From Candidatus Omnitrophota bacterium (GTDB taxonomy: Bacteria > Omnitrophota > Gorgyraeia > Velamenicoccales > Velamenicoccaceae): DNA of 24,000 nt. The translations under genes and the position numbers were made by a program. The notes beneath the pieces are model-generated. The model was not told where the DNA came from. It searched no databases and saw only the letters and a list, made by a program, of their open reading frames with translations. The stretch is taken from contig JBAZMA010000010.1 in assembly GCA_041649995.1 (NCBI GenBank), positions 37,913 through 61,912 of the forward strand, in the 5' to 3' direction. This document shows positions 1-8,800 of this stretch, piece after piece. How positions within the stretch are numbered: position 1 is the first letter of the stretch; every line of letters begins with the position of its first letter.

Positions 1-1239
1 AAAAACGATCTGCCCGGAAACCTTGACCATATCTTTTTTGCGGCCGGCGATATAATACATGCCTTCCGGGTCCCTCCGGCCAAGGTCGCCGGTATGAAAC
101 CATCCGTCCTTCAAAACTTCGCTTGTCAAGGCAGGATCCTTATAATAGCCGTCCATCACGACCCAGCTTTTCATCACGATCTCGCCGATCTCACCCTCGG
201 GAACATCGCGGCCCTCCTCATCCACAAGACGGATATTGATCCAGGGGGCGGGCCTGCCGATCGATTCGATCCTGTCGGAACCCATGGGCGTCACGATATT
301 CGGCGCGTTGGTTTCCGTCATGCCCCAGCCGTTCAAAAGCTTGGCGCGCGGGCAATAGGTCTTGAAACGACGGATCATGTCCGGCGAGTTAGGCGCTCCG
401 AACACATTGACCCAGCGGATGCTGGAGAGATCGAACTTCTCGAATTCCTTCAGGTGCAGGAGCGCGTAATACATGGAAGGCACCATGTGAAAACACGTAA
501 CCTTGTATTTTTCCACATTCTTCAAAAATTCCAGGGGGATAAAGCGTTCCATCAGGACAAGGGTGATGCCGTAAAAAATGCAGTTTTGCAGATAAACCAG
601 CCCGCCGCCGTGCGATAAAGGCAGGCTGGAAAGTTTCACATCCGCGGGCGTCAGGTCCACGAAAAACTCCATGGCGTCGGGAGAGGCGTTGAGATGCCTG
701 TAATTCAGCTGAACGCCCTTGGGCCTGCCGGTAGAACCCGACGTGTAAAGGATCAGGGCGGGGTCTGTTTCGGACAGGGCGAGCTGCGGCAGAGGGCCTG
801 ATGAGTTCTTAAGGAAATCCTCAAAACTCAGGTATCCTTCCTTCTTTTCTCTCACAAGGACGATATTTTTTAAGGCCGGGAGCCGGGCGCGTATCTCTTC
901 TAAAGAAACATCAGGCCGGCTCCGGGCGATCAGAAGCACGGAATCCGAATGAGCCAGGCACGCCTGGAGCTCGTCATTTTTGAGCATGAAATCAAAGGGA
1001 ACAACCGTCGCGCCGATGCTGAAAAGAGCCAGGTAGGAATACACATATTCCGGCCAGTTAGGCAGATACAAAGCGACCTTGTCGCCCTTTTTGATCCCGT
1101 ATTCCAGGAGATTCGAAGCCAGGGAAAATACCTTATTTCTCAGCTCGCTGAACGTGACAGCCTGGTCTTCAAAAATAAGGGCCGGCTTATCCGGAAAATC
1201 CTGCGCCTGCTTGTCTACAAGCTCTCTTATGGTTTTCAT
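1..1239 (-). CDS. AMP-dependent acyl-CoA synthetase/ligase (FadD-like); C-terminus cut by the window edge
   Basis: Absent from the ORF track because it runs off the edge. My translation of the minus strand from ATG 1239..1237 gives MKTIRELVDKQAQDFPDKPALIFEDQAVTFSEL.... It contains the AMP-binding signature LYTSGSTGRPKGV (Leu codon 750..748, in frame with 1239), GWGMTE, and GDLGRRDPEGMYYIAGRKKD near position 1. A GGGAG Shine-Dalgarno lies 5 nt upstream of the ATG. Confidence 0.85.
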   Translation of the reverse strand, partial: MKTIRELVDKQAQDFPDKPALIFEDQAVTFSELRNKVFSLASNLLEYGIKKGDKVALYLPNWPEYVYSYLALFSIGATVVPFDFMLKNDELQACLAHSDSVLLIARSRPDVSLEEIRARLPALKNIVLVREKKEGYLSFEDFLKNSSGPLPQLALSETDPALILYTSGSTGRPKGVQLNYRHLNASPDAMEFFVDLTPADVKLSSLPLSHGGGLVYLQNCIFYGITLVLMERFIPLEFLKNVEKYKVTCFHMVPSMYYALLHLKEFEKFDLSSIRWVNVFGAPNSPDMIRRFKTYCPRAKLLNGWGMTETNAPNIVTPMGSDRIESIGRPAPWINIRLVDEEGRDVPEGEIGEIVMKSWVVMDGYYKDPALTSEVLKDGWFHTGDLGRRDPEGMYYIAGRKKDMVKVSGQIVF

Positions 1240-1306
1240 AACAACTCCCTGATAAGATTGAAAACTCTAAAAACGCTCAAAAGCCCGGGATTTTGCTTCA
1301 AATTAA

Positions 1307-1322
1307 TAGTAAAATTTTACTA
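1307..1322. promoter_or_regulatory. Perfect 16-bp palindrome TAGTAAAATTTTACTA overlapping the -10 element; candidate operator
   Basis: The sequence is exactly self-complementary. It covers the predicted -10 at 1314..1319. A second perfect 14-bp palindrome, AAGACTTAAGTCTT, lies at 1368-1381. Confidence 0.4.
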
Positions 1323-1342
1323 ATTAAATTTAAACAAGTCAA
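1314..1342 (-). promoter_or_regulatory. Candidate sigma70-type promoter for the acyl-CoA ligase gene
   Basis: The minus strand reads TTGACT (1342..1337), a 17-nt spacer, then TAAAAT (1319..1314). This is about 75 nt upstream of the ATG at 1239. Sequence match only. Confidence 0.45.
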
Positions 1343-1431
1343 GAATTATTCTTCTTTGGTTATGACTAAGACTTAAGTCTTTTAAAACAATGGATTTAAA
1401 ACAATAATTCTGGAAAAAAAGATTTGGGGAA

Positions 1432-1995
1432 TTAAGAGGATTTGTGTGGCCACTCTGGTATGCTGATCTTCTCCTTGGCCAATTCCTGGCTGACATTCTG
1501 GATAAAGCGCCTTTCCGCTCTCAGGAGTTCCAAATTATGCTCGACAATGGACTGCAGATGATAGGAAGATTTGACCTTGAGCTGTTCGGTAAGGGATTTC
1601 AAGGCGCCTTCGACTTTGGAAAGGATCCTGAGCCTGCCTTTGAGCCTGCGCAAGGCCACATCCAAAGGCAGATAAGGAAGGAAATACAAGGCCACGTCTA
1701 TGGAAAAATTGGGGCGTTCAGCCGTCAAAAGGCTCTTGGTCAGAAGCTGACGGAAACGCTGGTGCCCTTTTTCCGTCAGGCTGTAAACAAATTTCTCCGG
1801 CCTGACGCCTTCGGCGCTGACCGTCTTCTCGACAAAGCCTTTTTTCTCCAGAAGGTTCAACGAATAATATATGGATTCCACTTCCAGGGCCGCGAACGTG
1901 CTGATGACCTCCTTGATCTGCTTTTTGATCTCATAGCCATGACGCGGCTTATCTTTCAAAAGGCCAAGGATAATGAGTTCCTGTTCGGCTTTCAT
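1432..1995 (-). CDS. PadR-family transcriptional regulator
   Basis: 187 aa. The N-terminal winged helix is typical of PadR ([21 protein letters not shown]...[14 protein letters not shown]...[10 protein letters not shown]). The ATG overlaps the accA stop as ATGA (1995..1992). Confidence 0.85.
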   Translation of the reverse strand: MKAEQELIILGLLKDKPRHGYEIKKQIKEVISTFAALEVESIYYSLNLLEKKGFVEKTVSAEGVRPEKFVYSLTEKGHQRFRQLLTKSLLTAERPNFSIDVALYFLPYLPLDVALRRLKGRLRILSKVEGALKSLTEQLKVKSSYHLQSIVEHNLELLRAERRFIQNVSQELAKEKISIPEWPHKSS

Positions 1996-2939
1996 TGCAC
2001 ATGCCCCATCTTGCGGAACTTATCGTAGCGCTGCTGGATGAGTTCGTCTTTGGAAAGTTTCATCAATTCGATAAAATATTTTTTCGCCGCGGCCTTGATG
2101 CTCTTGGCCGCCTCTTCCGGGTTATGATGCGCCCCGCCGAGCGGTTCCTTGATCACATCGTCGATGATCCCGAACTTCAAAAGGTCCTGGGCCGTCAGCT
2201 TCAGGGCGTCGGCGGCCAAAGGCGCTTTCGTGCTGCTCTTCCAGAGGATCGCCGCGCAGCCTTCCGGAGAGATGACCGAATAATACGCGTTTTCCATGAC
2301 GCACACGCGGTCGGCGACTCCGATGCCAAGCGCCCCTCCGCTGCCTCCCTCTCCGATGACAATCGCGACCAGGGGGGTGCGGATGCCTGACATCATTTTT
2401 AAATTCCAGGCGATGGCCTGCGCCTGCCCCCTTTCCTCCGCGCCGATTCCAGGATAAGCGCCTGGCGTATCGATGAAGATCAGCACCGGCAAGCTGAATT
2501 TCTGGGCCAGTTCCATGACCCGCATGGCCTTGCGATACCCTTCCGGATGCGCGCATCCGAATGTGCGGATAAGATTCTCTTTGGTGTCGCGGCCTTTCTG
2601 ATGACCCATGACGATCATCTTCTGGCCGTCCAACCGGCCGAATCCGGCGATAATGGCGTGGTCATCCCGGAATGACCGGTCTCCGTGGATTTCCATGAAA
2701 TCCTTGAAAAGCAGCTGGAGATAATCCAGGGTGTAGGGTCTTTGCGGATGGCGGGAGATCTGCACGCGCTGCCAGGGCGTCAATTTTCCATAAATATCCC
2801 TGCGCAGGCGTTCCAGCTTGTCTTCGAGCCTCTTGATCTCTCCGGAGAGGTCAATGTGCTTTTCTTCGGTGAAATTCGTGAGCTCGCGGATCTTCTTTTC
2901 CAGCTCGACAATGGGTTTTTCGAAATCGAGACCGATCAT
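1992..2939 (-). CDS. accA: Acetyl-CoA carboxylase carboxyltransferase alpha subunit
   Basis: [14 protein letters not shown]..., [11 protein letters not shown] and [18 protein letters not shown] are classic AccA motifs. The track ORF starts at TTG 2945. I prefer ATG 2939 (MIGLDFEKP). Confidence 0.93.
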   Translation of the reverse strand: MIGLDFEKPIVELEKKIRELTNFTEEKHIDLSGEIKRLEDKLERLRRDIYGKLTPWQRVQISRHPQRPYTLDYLQLLFKDFMEIHGDRSFRDDHAIIAGFGRLDGQKMIVMGHQKGRDTKENLIRTFGCAHPEGYRKAMRVMELAQKFSLPVLIFIDTPGAYPGIGAEERGQAQAIAWNLKMMSGIRTPLVAIVIGEGGSGGALGIGVADRVCVMENAYYSVISPEGCAAILWKSSTKAPLAADALKLTAQDLLKFGIIDDVIKEPLGGAHHNPEEAAKSIKAAAKKYFIELMKLSKDELIQQRYDKFRKMGHVQ

Positions 2940-2993
2940 AGGCAATCTTTAAAAATAGGGCCGCGTTGAACAGCAAAGGACCGTTTCACGTTA

Positions 2994-3827
2994 TCAATCT
3001 ATGATCGTGACTTCGGTGTTCACGGGAAGCATGTCATAGAGCTCTTCGACTTCCTTGTTGAGCATGCGCACGCATCCGGCCGTCGCCTGCTGTCCGATGC
3101 TTTCCGGCTGCGTAGTCCCATGGATCCCGTATCCGGGAAGATCAAACCCCATCCAGCGCGTCCCCAGGATATTTTTCGGATCCTCAGGAGGATAAAGTTT
3201 GCCTTCATTTGTCCAGGAGGGATTTTTAAGCTTGTTGACGATCTTAAACGTCCCGACGGGCGTGATGTTGTCTTTTCCCGTCGAAACATGATACGTCTTG
3301 ACGACTTCATCCCCCGAGCGCAGCGTCAGGAGATTCTGCGACTTATCCACCATGACATTGAACCGGCCTGTCCATATCCTCAGGCGCATGCCGGGCCTGA
3401 TCACGTCCGATTTCAATCCGTTCTGCAGACGGATCATCTCGACCGTTGTCCGGAATTCATCGGCGATCATGCTCAGGGAATCCCCGCTTTTGACGACGCG
3501 ATAGGCCGTCTCTCCGGGCGCCTCGACGGCCGAGAAGATGATCTTCATATGCACGTCTTCGAGTTTGTCCTGCACCTGCTCAATGCCCGGCCTGGACACA
3601 TTCGCCATCAGGATCGCGCGCAGACGTTCGCGGGCCGCCAGATACTCCCCCTTCTGGATGAGGCCTTCCGCTTCGCTCAAATCTTTCTCAAAACTTGCCG
3701 TGGAAAAACCGTCTTTGACAACCGTCGCTGAAACAGGGCCCGCCCCGCGCATCTTCCAGACCGTAAAAATCGTTCCGGCAGCCAGCACGAGCACGACAAG
3801 CCCGCCAATCATGAATTTCCTTTTCAC
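2994..3827 (-). CDS. LysM domain-containing L,D-transpeptidase (YkuD/ErfK family)
   Basis: GTG start preceded by AGGAGG. It has an N-terminal membrane anchor and a LysM domain (GDSLSMIADEFRTTVEMIRLQNGL...PGMRLRIW). The catalytic motif is YGIHGT...ATAGCVRM. Confidence 0.9.
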   Translation of the reverse strand: MKRKFMIGGLVVLVLAAGTIFTVWKMRGAGPVSATVVKDGFSTASFEKDLSEAEGLIQKGEYLAARERLRAILMANVSRPGIEQVQDKLEDVHMKIIFSAVEAPGETAYRVVKSGDSLSMIADEFRTTVEMIRLQNGLKSDVIRPGMRLRIWTGRFNVMVDKSQNLLTLRSGDEVVKTYHVSTGKDNITPVGTFKIVNKLKNPSWTNEGKLYPPEDPKNILGTRWMGFDLPGYGIHGTTQPESIGQQATAGCVRMLNKEVEELYDMLPVNTEVTIID

Positions 3828-3858
3828 AACATCCTCCTATCTCTCAAAAAGGGAAAGC

Positions 3859-4305
3859 TTATTTAAAAATAATCGCCAGAAGGATCCCGATGATCGACCC
3901 CATGATCACCTCGATCGGCGTATGACCGATCAGCTCTTTGAGCTGGTCTTCCTGGATCTTACCTTTCCAGTAAATGTCATCGAGGATCCTGTTGAGGATC
4001 CCGGCCTGTTTGCCTGTCGAACGTCTCACCCCTTGCGCGTCGAACATTGTCACCAGGGCAAAAACAGCCCCCAGGGCGAAGAACGGAGAACCAAATCCGT
4101 AATCCAGGCCCAGGACGACAGCCAGGGCGCTGGAACCCGCCGCGTGCGCTGAGGGCATTCCCCCGGTCCCGATAAACCAGCGAAAATCAAAGCGCTTGGA
4201 CCTCAAAACGCCCAAAGCCACTTTCAGCGTCTGGGCGATAATCCATGCCAAAAGCGTAACGATCAGGATATGATTTCCGGCCATTTCTGTGATGACTGAT
4301 TTCAT
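3859..4305 (-). CDS. Divergent PAP2 family membrane protein (DUF212 / YuiD-like)
   Basis: 148 aa with AWIIAQTLKV...GTGGMPSAHAA...MFDAQGVRRSTGKQA...LKELIGHTPIEV, which matches this family. Confidence 0.85.
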   Translation of the reverse strand: MKSVITEMAGNHILIVTLLAWIIAQTLKVALGVLRSKRFDFRWFIGTGGMPSAHAAGSSALAVVLGLDYGFGSPFFALGAVFALVTMFDAQGVRRSTGKQAGILNRILDDIYWKGKIQEDQLKELIGHTPIEVIMGSIIGILLAIIFK

Positions 4306-4335
4306 TCAATTCCCCCTATAAGGATTGCAATAGAC

Positions 4336-4980
4336 TCATTCTACGGGAATAACCCGGATATCGACAAGATCCGCGAAGGTGGAACGGCCGTCCTTGAGCA
4401 AAAATCCCTGATTCCCGTCGAGATAAGCGTCCTGCGGAGACGGACGGACAGGGACCCTTTTGCGTTGAGGCTGGGGCTTAGGCCTGGATTTGGGAGCGGA
4501 ACGCGCGACGACGTGCCGTTTGGCCTGTTTTCTGAGGGACGCGATGGCTTTCTTGAGTTCGGAAACAGAAGACAATGTTTTCTTCATCTCCTGATTTTCA
4601 AAAGAAAGGCGGAGATTTTTCTCGCTCATCTCCGCGTTTCGGCTGTAAAGGACTTCGTTGGTTTTCCGGGTGTCCAGCAAATGCCCGGCCAGGTTCATGA
4701 TCCTCTGCTTCTCTTCCGTCAGCTGCTGCTGGACGCGCGCCAGCCGCCTGCGCAAAAAGATCCTGTCGTTATCCAGCTGCGCGTTTTTAAGGTAAGATTC
4801 CCCCAAAAGGACCTGGGTCTTATTCAGGCTGACCTGCGCGGCCGCCAGTTCAATCTGGAGCCGGTCCATCTGACCGCTCAGGTCATTGTTCTTGTGCAAA
4901 AGAACCATGCACTGATAAAACCCGAAGGCGCAAAAACCCGCCAATAATGCTATGACCCCCGCTCCAATTTTAGATCTCAC
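4336..4980 (-). CDS. Hypothetical membrane-anchored coiled-coil protein with a basic Pro-rich linker
   Basis: The track ORF starts at TTG 5025. GTG 4980 has AAGAGG 9 nt upstream and begins directly at the TM helix (VRSKIGAGVIALLAGFCAFGF). A long heptad-like Q/L/E-rich segment follows, then SAPKSRPKPQPQRKRVPVRPSPQ and a short C-terminal domain. I recognise no family. Confidence 0.55.
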   Translation of the reverse strand: MRSKIGAGVIALLAGFCAFGFYQCMVLLHKNNDLSGQMDRLQIELAAAQVSLNKTQVLLGESYLKNAQLDNDRIFLRRRLARVQQQLTEEKQRIMNLAGHLLDTRKTNEVLYSRNAEMSEKNLRLSFENQEMKKTLSSVSELKKAIASLRKQAKRHVVARSAPKSRPKPQPQRKRVPVRPSPQDAYLDGNQGFLLKDGRSTFADLVDIRVIPVE

Positions 4981-5018
4981 AAAAAAATACCTCTTTTGGA
5001 CAGTTTCGCTGCGAAAGC

Positions 5019-5047
5019 TTGACAAGCAAAAGCTTGTATGTTAGCAT
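5019..5047 (+). promoter_or_regulatory. Candidate promoter for comM
   Basis: TTGACA (5019-5024), a 17-nt spacer, then TAGCAT (5042-5047), about 110 nt upstream of the ATG at 5156. The -10 is weak. Confidence 0.3.
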
Positions 5048-5155
5048 GCCTTTAAGTTCTTTTCCCGCCTTTTCTTTCCCTCAAAGGACTTGAATTTTCA
5101 GCAGTCCATTATAACGTAACCTCTCAAAAAATCAAGAGCTTTTAACCCTGTCCGA

Positions 5156-6685
5156 ATGCTAGCCAAGGTCCAAACTCTAGGCCTGATGGGCTTGGATGCC
5201 TATCCGGTGGAAGTCGATGTGGATGTTGCCAACGGTTTGCCTGGCACAACCATAGTCGGCCTGCCCGATTCCTGCCTTAAGGAAAGCCGGGAACGGGTCC
5301 GCTCCGGCATCAAGAACAGCGGTTTACGCTATCCGCAGGATAAGATCACCATCAGCCTGGCGCCCGCGGCTGTCAGGAAGGAAGGTGCTTCCTTTGACCT
5401 CCCCATCGCCCTGGGCATTCTGGCCGCCTCCCAACAGATCAATCCCCTGGTCCTCCAGGACTTCTGTTTTGCCGGGGAATTGGCCTTAGACGGCCAGCTC
5501 AGGCCCATTCGCGGCGCTCTGGCCATGGCGCAGTCTTTGACAGGATGCAGGATCAAAAAACTCATTCTCCCCTTTTCCAACGCGCGGGAAGCGTGTTTTG
5601 TCGAATCCGCGCAGATTTATGCCTTCAAAACGCTCCGGGAACTGGTCGAAGCCCTGCACGCCCCTGATCCGCCCAAGGCCTGCCGTCTGTCCCCTCCATG
5701 GAAAACGCAGAAATATGAAGACCACGCTCCCGACTTTTCGGATGTGAAAGGACAGTTCCTGGCCAAGCGCGCTTTTGAAATAGCCGCTTCAGGAGGGCAT
5801 AACATCCTTTTGATCGGCCCTCCGGGAAGCGGAAAAACCATGCTGGCCAAGAGGCTTCCTTCAATCCTGCCTGAGATGACGGCGCCGGAGGCCGTTGAAA
5901 CGACCAAGATCTATTCGGCGGCAGGCATGACGCGCTCCGAAGAAGGACTGATGACACACAGGCCTTTCCGGGCCCCGCACCACACGATTTCCGACATTGC
6001 CCTGGCCGGAGGAGGCTCTTGCCCCCAACCGGGCGAGATCAGCCTGGCCCATAACGGCGTCCTCTTCCTGGACGAACTTCCTGAATTTCGCCGCAACGTC
6101 CTGGAGATCCTGCGTCAACCCCTGGAAGAAGGCTGTATCCGCGTATCCCGGATCCAAAAATCCCTGAACTTTCCGGCGAGCTTCCTTCTTGTCGCGGCCA
6201 TGAACCCCTGCCCCTGCGGTTTTTTTACCGACCCCCGCAAGGCCTGCCGCTGCCATTCTCTCCAGATCCAGAAATACAGGGGAAAGATCTCCGGCCCTCT
6301 TTTAGACAGGATCGACCTCCACCTGGAATTGCCCGCCGTCTTATATCAGGAGCTGACGGACAGCCGGGAATCAGAGCCTTCCTCGAAGATCAAGGCGCGT
6401 GTGGAGGCGCAAAAAGCCCTGCAGAGAGAACGCTTCAAAAACGAACGGTTTAGCTCTAACGCGCAGATGCATACGCGTCATATCAAAAAATACTGCGTTT
6501 TGGAAGATGACCGCGCCGGCGCGCTTTTAAAAATGGCCATGACGGAGCTCGGATTCACGGCGCGCGCTTATGACAAGATCCTCAAAGTCTCCAGAACGAT
6601 AGCCGATATGGCCGGAAAAGAACTCATCGGCCACGACCACCTCGCCGAGGCCATCCAATACCGCAATCTCGACAGGCAGCGCTAA
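5156..6685 (+). CDS. comM: YifB/ComM family Mg-chelatase-like AAA+ ATPase
   Basis: 509 aa. N-terminal Lon-protease-like fold (GLDAYPVEVDVDVANGLPGTTIVGLPD...ESRERV). Walker A is GPPGSGKT and Walker B is LFLDELPEF. The C-terminal ...ARAYDKILKVSRTIADMAG matches the family. Confidence 0.93.
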   Translation: MLAKVQTLGLMGLDAYPVEVDVDVANGLPGTTIVGLPDSCLKESRERVRSGIKNSGLRYPQDKITISLAPAAVRKEGASFDLPIALGILAASQQINPLVLQDFCFAGELALDGQLRPIRGALAMAQSLTGCRIKKLILPFSNAREACFVESAQIYAFKTLRELVEALHAPDPPKACRLSPPWKTQKYEDHAPDFSDVKGQFLAKRAFEIAASGGHNILLIGPPGSGKTMLAKRLPSILPEMTAPEAVETTKIYSAAGMTRSEEGLMTHRPFRAPHHTISDIALAGGGSCPQPGEISLAHNGVLFLDELPEFRRNVLEILRQPLEEGCIRVSRIQKSLNFPASFLLVAAMNPCPCGFFTDPRKACRCHSLQIQKYRGKISGPLLDRIDLHLELPAVLYQELTDSRESEPSSKIKARVEAQKALQRERFKNERFSSNAQMHTRHIKKYCVLEDDRAGALLKMAMTELGFTARAYDKILKVSRTIADMAGKELIGHDHLAEAIQYRNLDRQR

Positions 6686-6713
6686 TCCTTGCCGCATTTC
6701 AAAACTGTTTCCT

Positions 6714-6754
6714 CAAAAAAAGGCCGCTCTCTTTTTTGAAAGAGAGCGGCTTTT
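6714..6754. terminator. Bidirectional rho-independent terminator between convergent comM and the ompA-like gene
   Basis: A 12-bp perfect stem (GCCGCTCTCTTT 6723-6734 pairing with AAAGAGAGCGGC 6739-6750) has a 4-nt loop. It is flanked by A8 (6714-6721) and T4 (6751-6754). Confidence 0.8.
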
Positions 6755-6783
6755 GAATTCTATCATTCCTCCGGCCGTATTTT

Positions 6784-7410
6784 TTAAGCGGCAGGGATCT
6801 TGATGATTTCCGAAGGCAGGATCACAATCTCCACGCGCCTGTTTTTCTGCTTGCCTTCCCTGGTATCGTTGGAAGCGACGGGCCGTTGTTCGCCGTAAGC
6901 GACAGCGGAAAGGCGGTCGGGCGAAATCCCGCCCGTTTCGATAAAATAATGGAGAACGGCCAGGGCGCGCGCCGCCGATAATTCCCAGTTTGATTTCCAT
7001 CCGGAATGACGGATGGGGTCGGAGTCCGTGTGCCCTTCGACAGCCACGCGGGAATCAGGAACCTCTTTTTCCAGGACCGAAGCGACCTTATCCAAGGCCT
7101 GCTTTCCCTGCTGCCGGATCGCGTCTTTTCCGGGATCAAAAAAGACCTCGGCCAGAAATGTCACGACAAGCCCCCGTTCCGTCATCTCGAGCTTGGCCTT
7201 ATAATCGGACAACTCGCCCTGCAGGCTTTTTGTCAACTCGGCCAGGGCCTTTTGCAGGTCCTGATCTTTTTCCTGTTTAAGGCTTGCCACCCTCGCCCGA
7301 AGGCTCCTGTTCTCCTCTTCCAGAGCCTTTGACCGGCCCAGCGTCGAACAGCCTGTTGTCAAAAGGGCGAAAGCCATAACCAGCAATAACGCCAAGGATA
7401 TCTTTTTCAT
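6784..7410 (-). CDS. OmpA/MotB-family lipoprotein (peptidoglycan-associated)
   Basis: Signal peptide plus lipobox (LLTTGC), a coiled-coil spacer, and an OmpA C-terminal domain (VEGHTDSDPI...SNWELSAARALAV...GYGEQRPVASNDT...NRRVEIVI). Confidence 0.9.
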   Translation of the reverse strand: MKKISLALLLVMAFALLTTGCSTLGRSKALEEENRSLRARVASLKQEKDQDLQKALAELTKSLQGELSDYKAKLEMTERGLVVTFLAEVFFDPGKDAIRQQGKQALDKVASVLEKEVPDSRVAVEGHTDSDPIRHSGWKSNWELSAARALAVLHYFIETGGISPDRLSAVAYGEQRPVASNDTREGKQKNRRVEIVILPSEIIKIPAA

Positions 7411-7472
7411 AAATACCTCTGCATGGGGTGAGAAAATTGAAAAACGGTTTCCCGATCGGCCCTGAGCGCGTC

Positions 7473-7907
7473 TTACAAAAACTTCAAAAGGTTCAGGCCT
7501 GTTTTCGGGTCAAGTTCTTTGGCCGCCTTGACGCCTTTGAGCTCGAAAACAACAGCCTCAATGACCATGAAAATCCCGACGCCCTGACGCACGCAGCCTG
7601 TCAGGGTCTTTCGCTTTTTTCCCATAGAAGCGTGCATATGCACCTGCGGCCCGTTTCCGGGAAAAACAGTGCCCAGACCCAAAACCTCCCATCCGTCTTT
7701 GAAAGCGGCGTAGTTCGGTTCAGGCGGCACCACGGCTTTTTTAGGACCTGTCACCAGACGGCCCTCTCCAAAAGCCCCCAGGAAAACAAACACAGCGGTC
7801 TTAAGCCCCTCTTTTTTCAAAAAACCTTCGAGAGACTTTTTGACGTCCTCTTTGTGGGAAAATTTTAAGACAAAAATCCGGCCGAGACGGCCTTGACGGT
7901 ATTCCAC
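7473..7907 (-). CDS. PPC (DUF296) domain protein
   Basis: 144 aa. GRLGRIFVLKF...GLKTAVFVFLGAF..., VHMHASMG and ...VIEAVVFEL...DPKTGLNLLKF fit the PPC/DUF296 fold pattern. Confidence 0.8.
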   Translation of the reverse strand: MEYRQGRLGRIFVLKFSHKEDVKKSLEGFLKKEGLKTAVFVFLGAFGEGRLVTGPKKAVVPPEPNYAAFKDGWEVLGLGTVFPGNGPQVHMHASMGKKRKTLTGCVRQGVGIFMVIEAVVFELKGVKAAKELDPKTGLNLLKFL

Positions 7908-7914
7908 AAGTATC

Positions 7915-8097
7915 CTATTTCCGGCCTTCTTTTTTTAAAGAGGCCTTCTTGCGCGCGAGGCGCCGCTTTGTGGCCATGGGTTTTCCGCAGCACCAGATCG
8001 TATGCTGCGAACTCCCCGCGGTGCCCACAATGATCTCCCTGCCGCATGGCACGCAGATCAAATGATCGCCCTTCTTCGTCCTTTTTTCTTCCGCCAT
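7915..8097 (-). CDS. Desulforedoxin-like small metal-binding protein with basic tails
   Basis: GDHLICVPCGREIIVGTAGSSQHTIWCCGKPM matches the desulforedoxin pattern (C-x2-C...CC-G-x2-M). I use the internal ATG at 8097 (AAAGGA upstream), not the track start at 8124. The C-terminus is ATKRRLARKKASLKKEGRK. Confidence 0.65.
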   Translation of the reverse strand: MAEEKRTKKGDHLICVPCGREIIVGTAGSSQHTIWCCGKPMATKRRLARKKASLKKEGRK

Positions 8098-8151
8098 TTT
8101 AATCCTTTGAAGACAACAGGACAAGAAAATCCGAAAAAGAAAGGACCTGTC

Positions 8152-8715
8152 TTAACGTCCGCCCTTCATCAGCGCGAGCGTTTCCGAGCGCGTCTTTTCG
8201 TTTTCTTTAAAAACGCCCCTCACCGCGCTGGTCACGGTCGTGATCCCGGGTTTTCTGATCCCGCGCATGCTCATGCAAAGATGCTCGGCCTCAATGACGA
8301 CCATCACGCCATGGGGCTGAAGTTTCTTCATAATGATGTTGGCGATCTGAGTGGTAAGCCTTTCCTGGACCTGCAGCCTCCGCGAAAGGATATCCACGAC
8401 GCGGGCAATCTTGCTTAACCCTGTCACGCGGCCTCCTTTGGGAATATAGGCCACGTGGGCACTGCCGACGAACGGCAAAAGATGGTGTTCACACATGGAA
8501 TACAAGGGGATATCCTTCAGAAGAACGATCTCCTCGTGTTTCTGGTCCAGGACGACCTCCAGCTCTTTTTCAGGGTCTTCACTGAGCCCGGAAAGGATCT
8601 CCTCGTACATGTTGGCCACGCGCGCCGGAGTTTCCAAAAGGTCGGGCCGCGACACATCTTCTCCCGAGGCCTCCAGGATCATCGCCACGGCTTTTGCCAA
8701 TTTCTTCTTGTCCAT
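8152..8715 (-). CDS. folE: GTP cyclohydrolase I
   Basis: [13 protein letters not shown]..., [10 protein letters not shown], ...GLSKIARVV and ...QVQERLT. I use ATG 8715 (AAAGGGG Shine-Dalgarno) rather than the track start at 8760. Confidence 0.93.
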   Translation of the reverse strand: MDKKKLAKAVAMILEASGEDVSRPDLLETPARVANMYEEILSGLSEDPEKELEVVLDQKHEEIVLLKDIPLYSMCEHHLLPFVGSAHVAYIPKGGRVTGLSKIARVVDILSRRLQVQERLTTQIANIIMKKLQPHGVMVVIEAEHLCMSMRGIRKPGITTVTSAVRGVFKENEKTRSETLALMKGGR

Positions 8716-8800
8716 TTCAACCCCTTTGGTTTTGAATACAAAACAGTCGGCGCGATCCACCGGTCGAACGCGGATCCGGCCTATCCGCCTTAAAAAGAAT

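Noticed and set aside
8098-8124. N-terminal extension MSCCLQRIK of the track ORF 7915-8124.
   Set aside because: The internal ATG at 8097 has an AAAGGA ribosome-binding site. It yields a protein starting just before the desulforedoxin-like core. The extension is probably untranslated.
8716-8800. Searched the folE and folC upstream regions for a THF riboswitch or other leader. Overlapping GGATCC-like repeats were noted at 8745-8790.
   Set aside because: The spacer is only 85 nt, with short imperfect pairings. I could not recognise a THF-riboswitch-like architecture by eye. It is most simply an intercistronic spacer.
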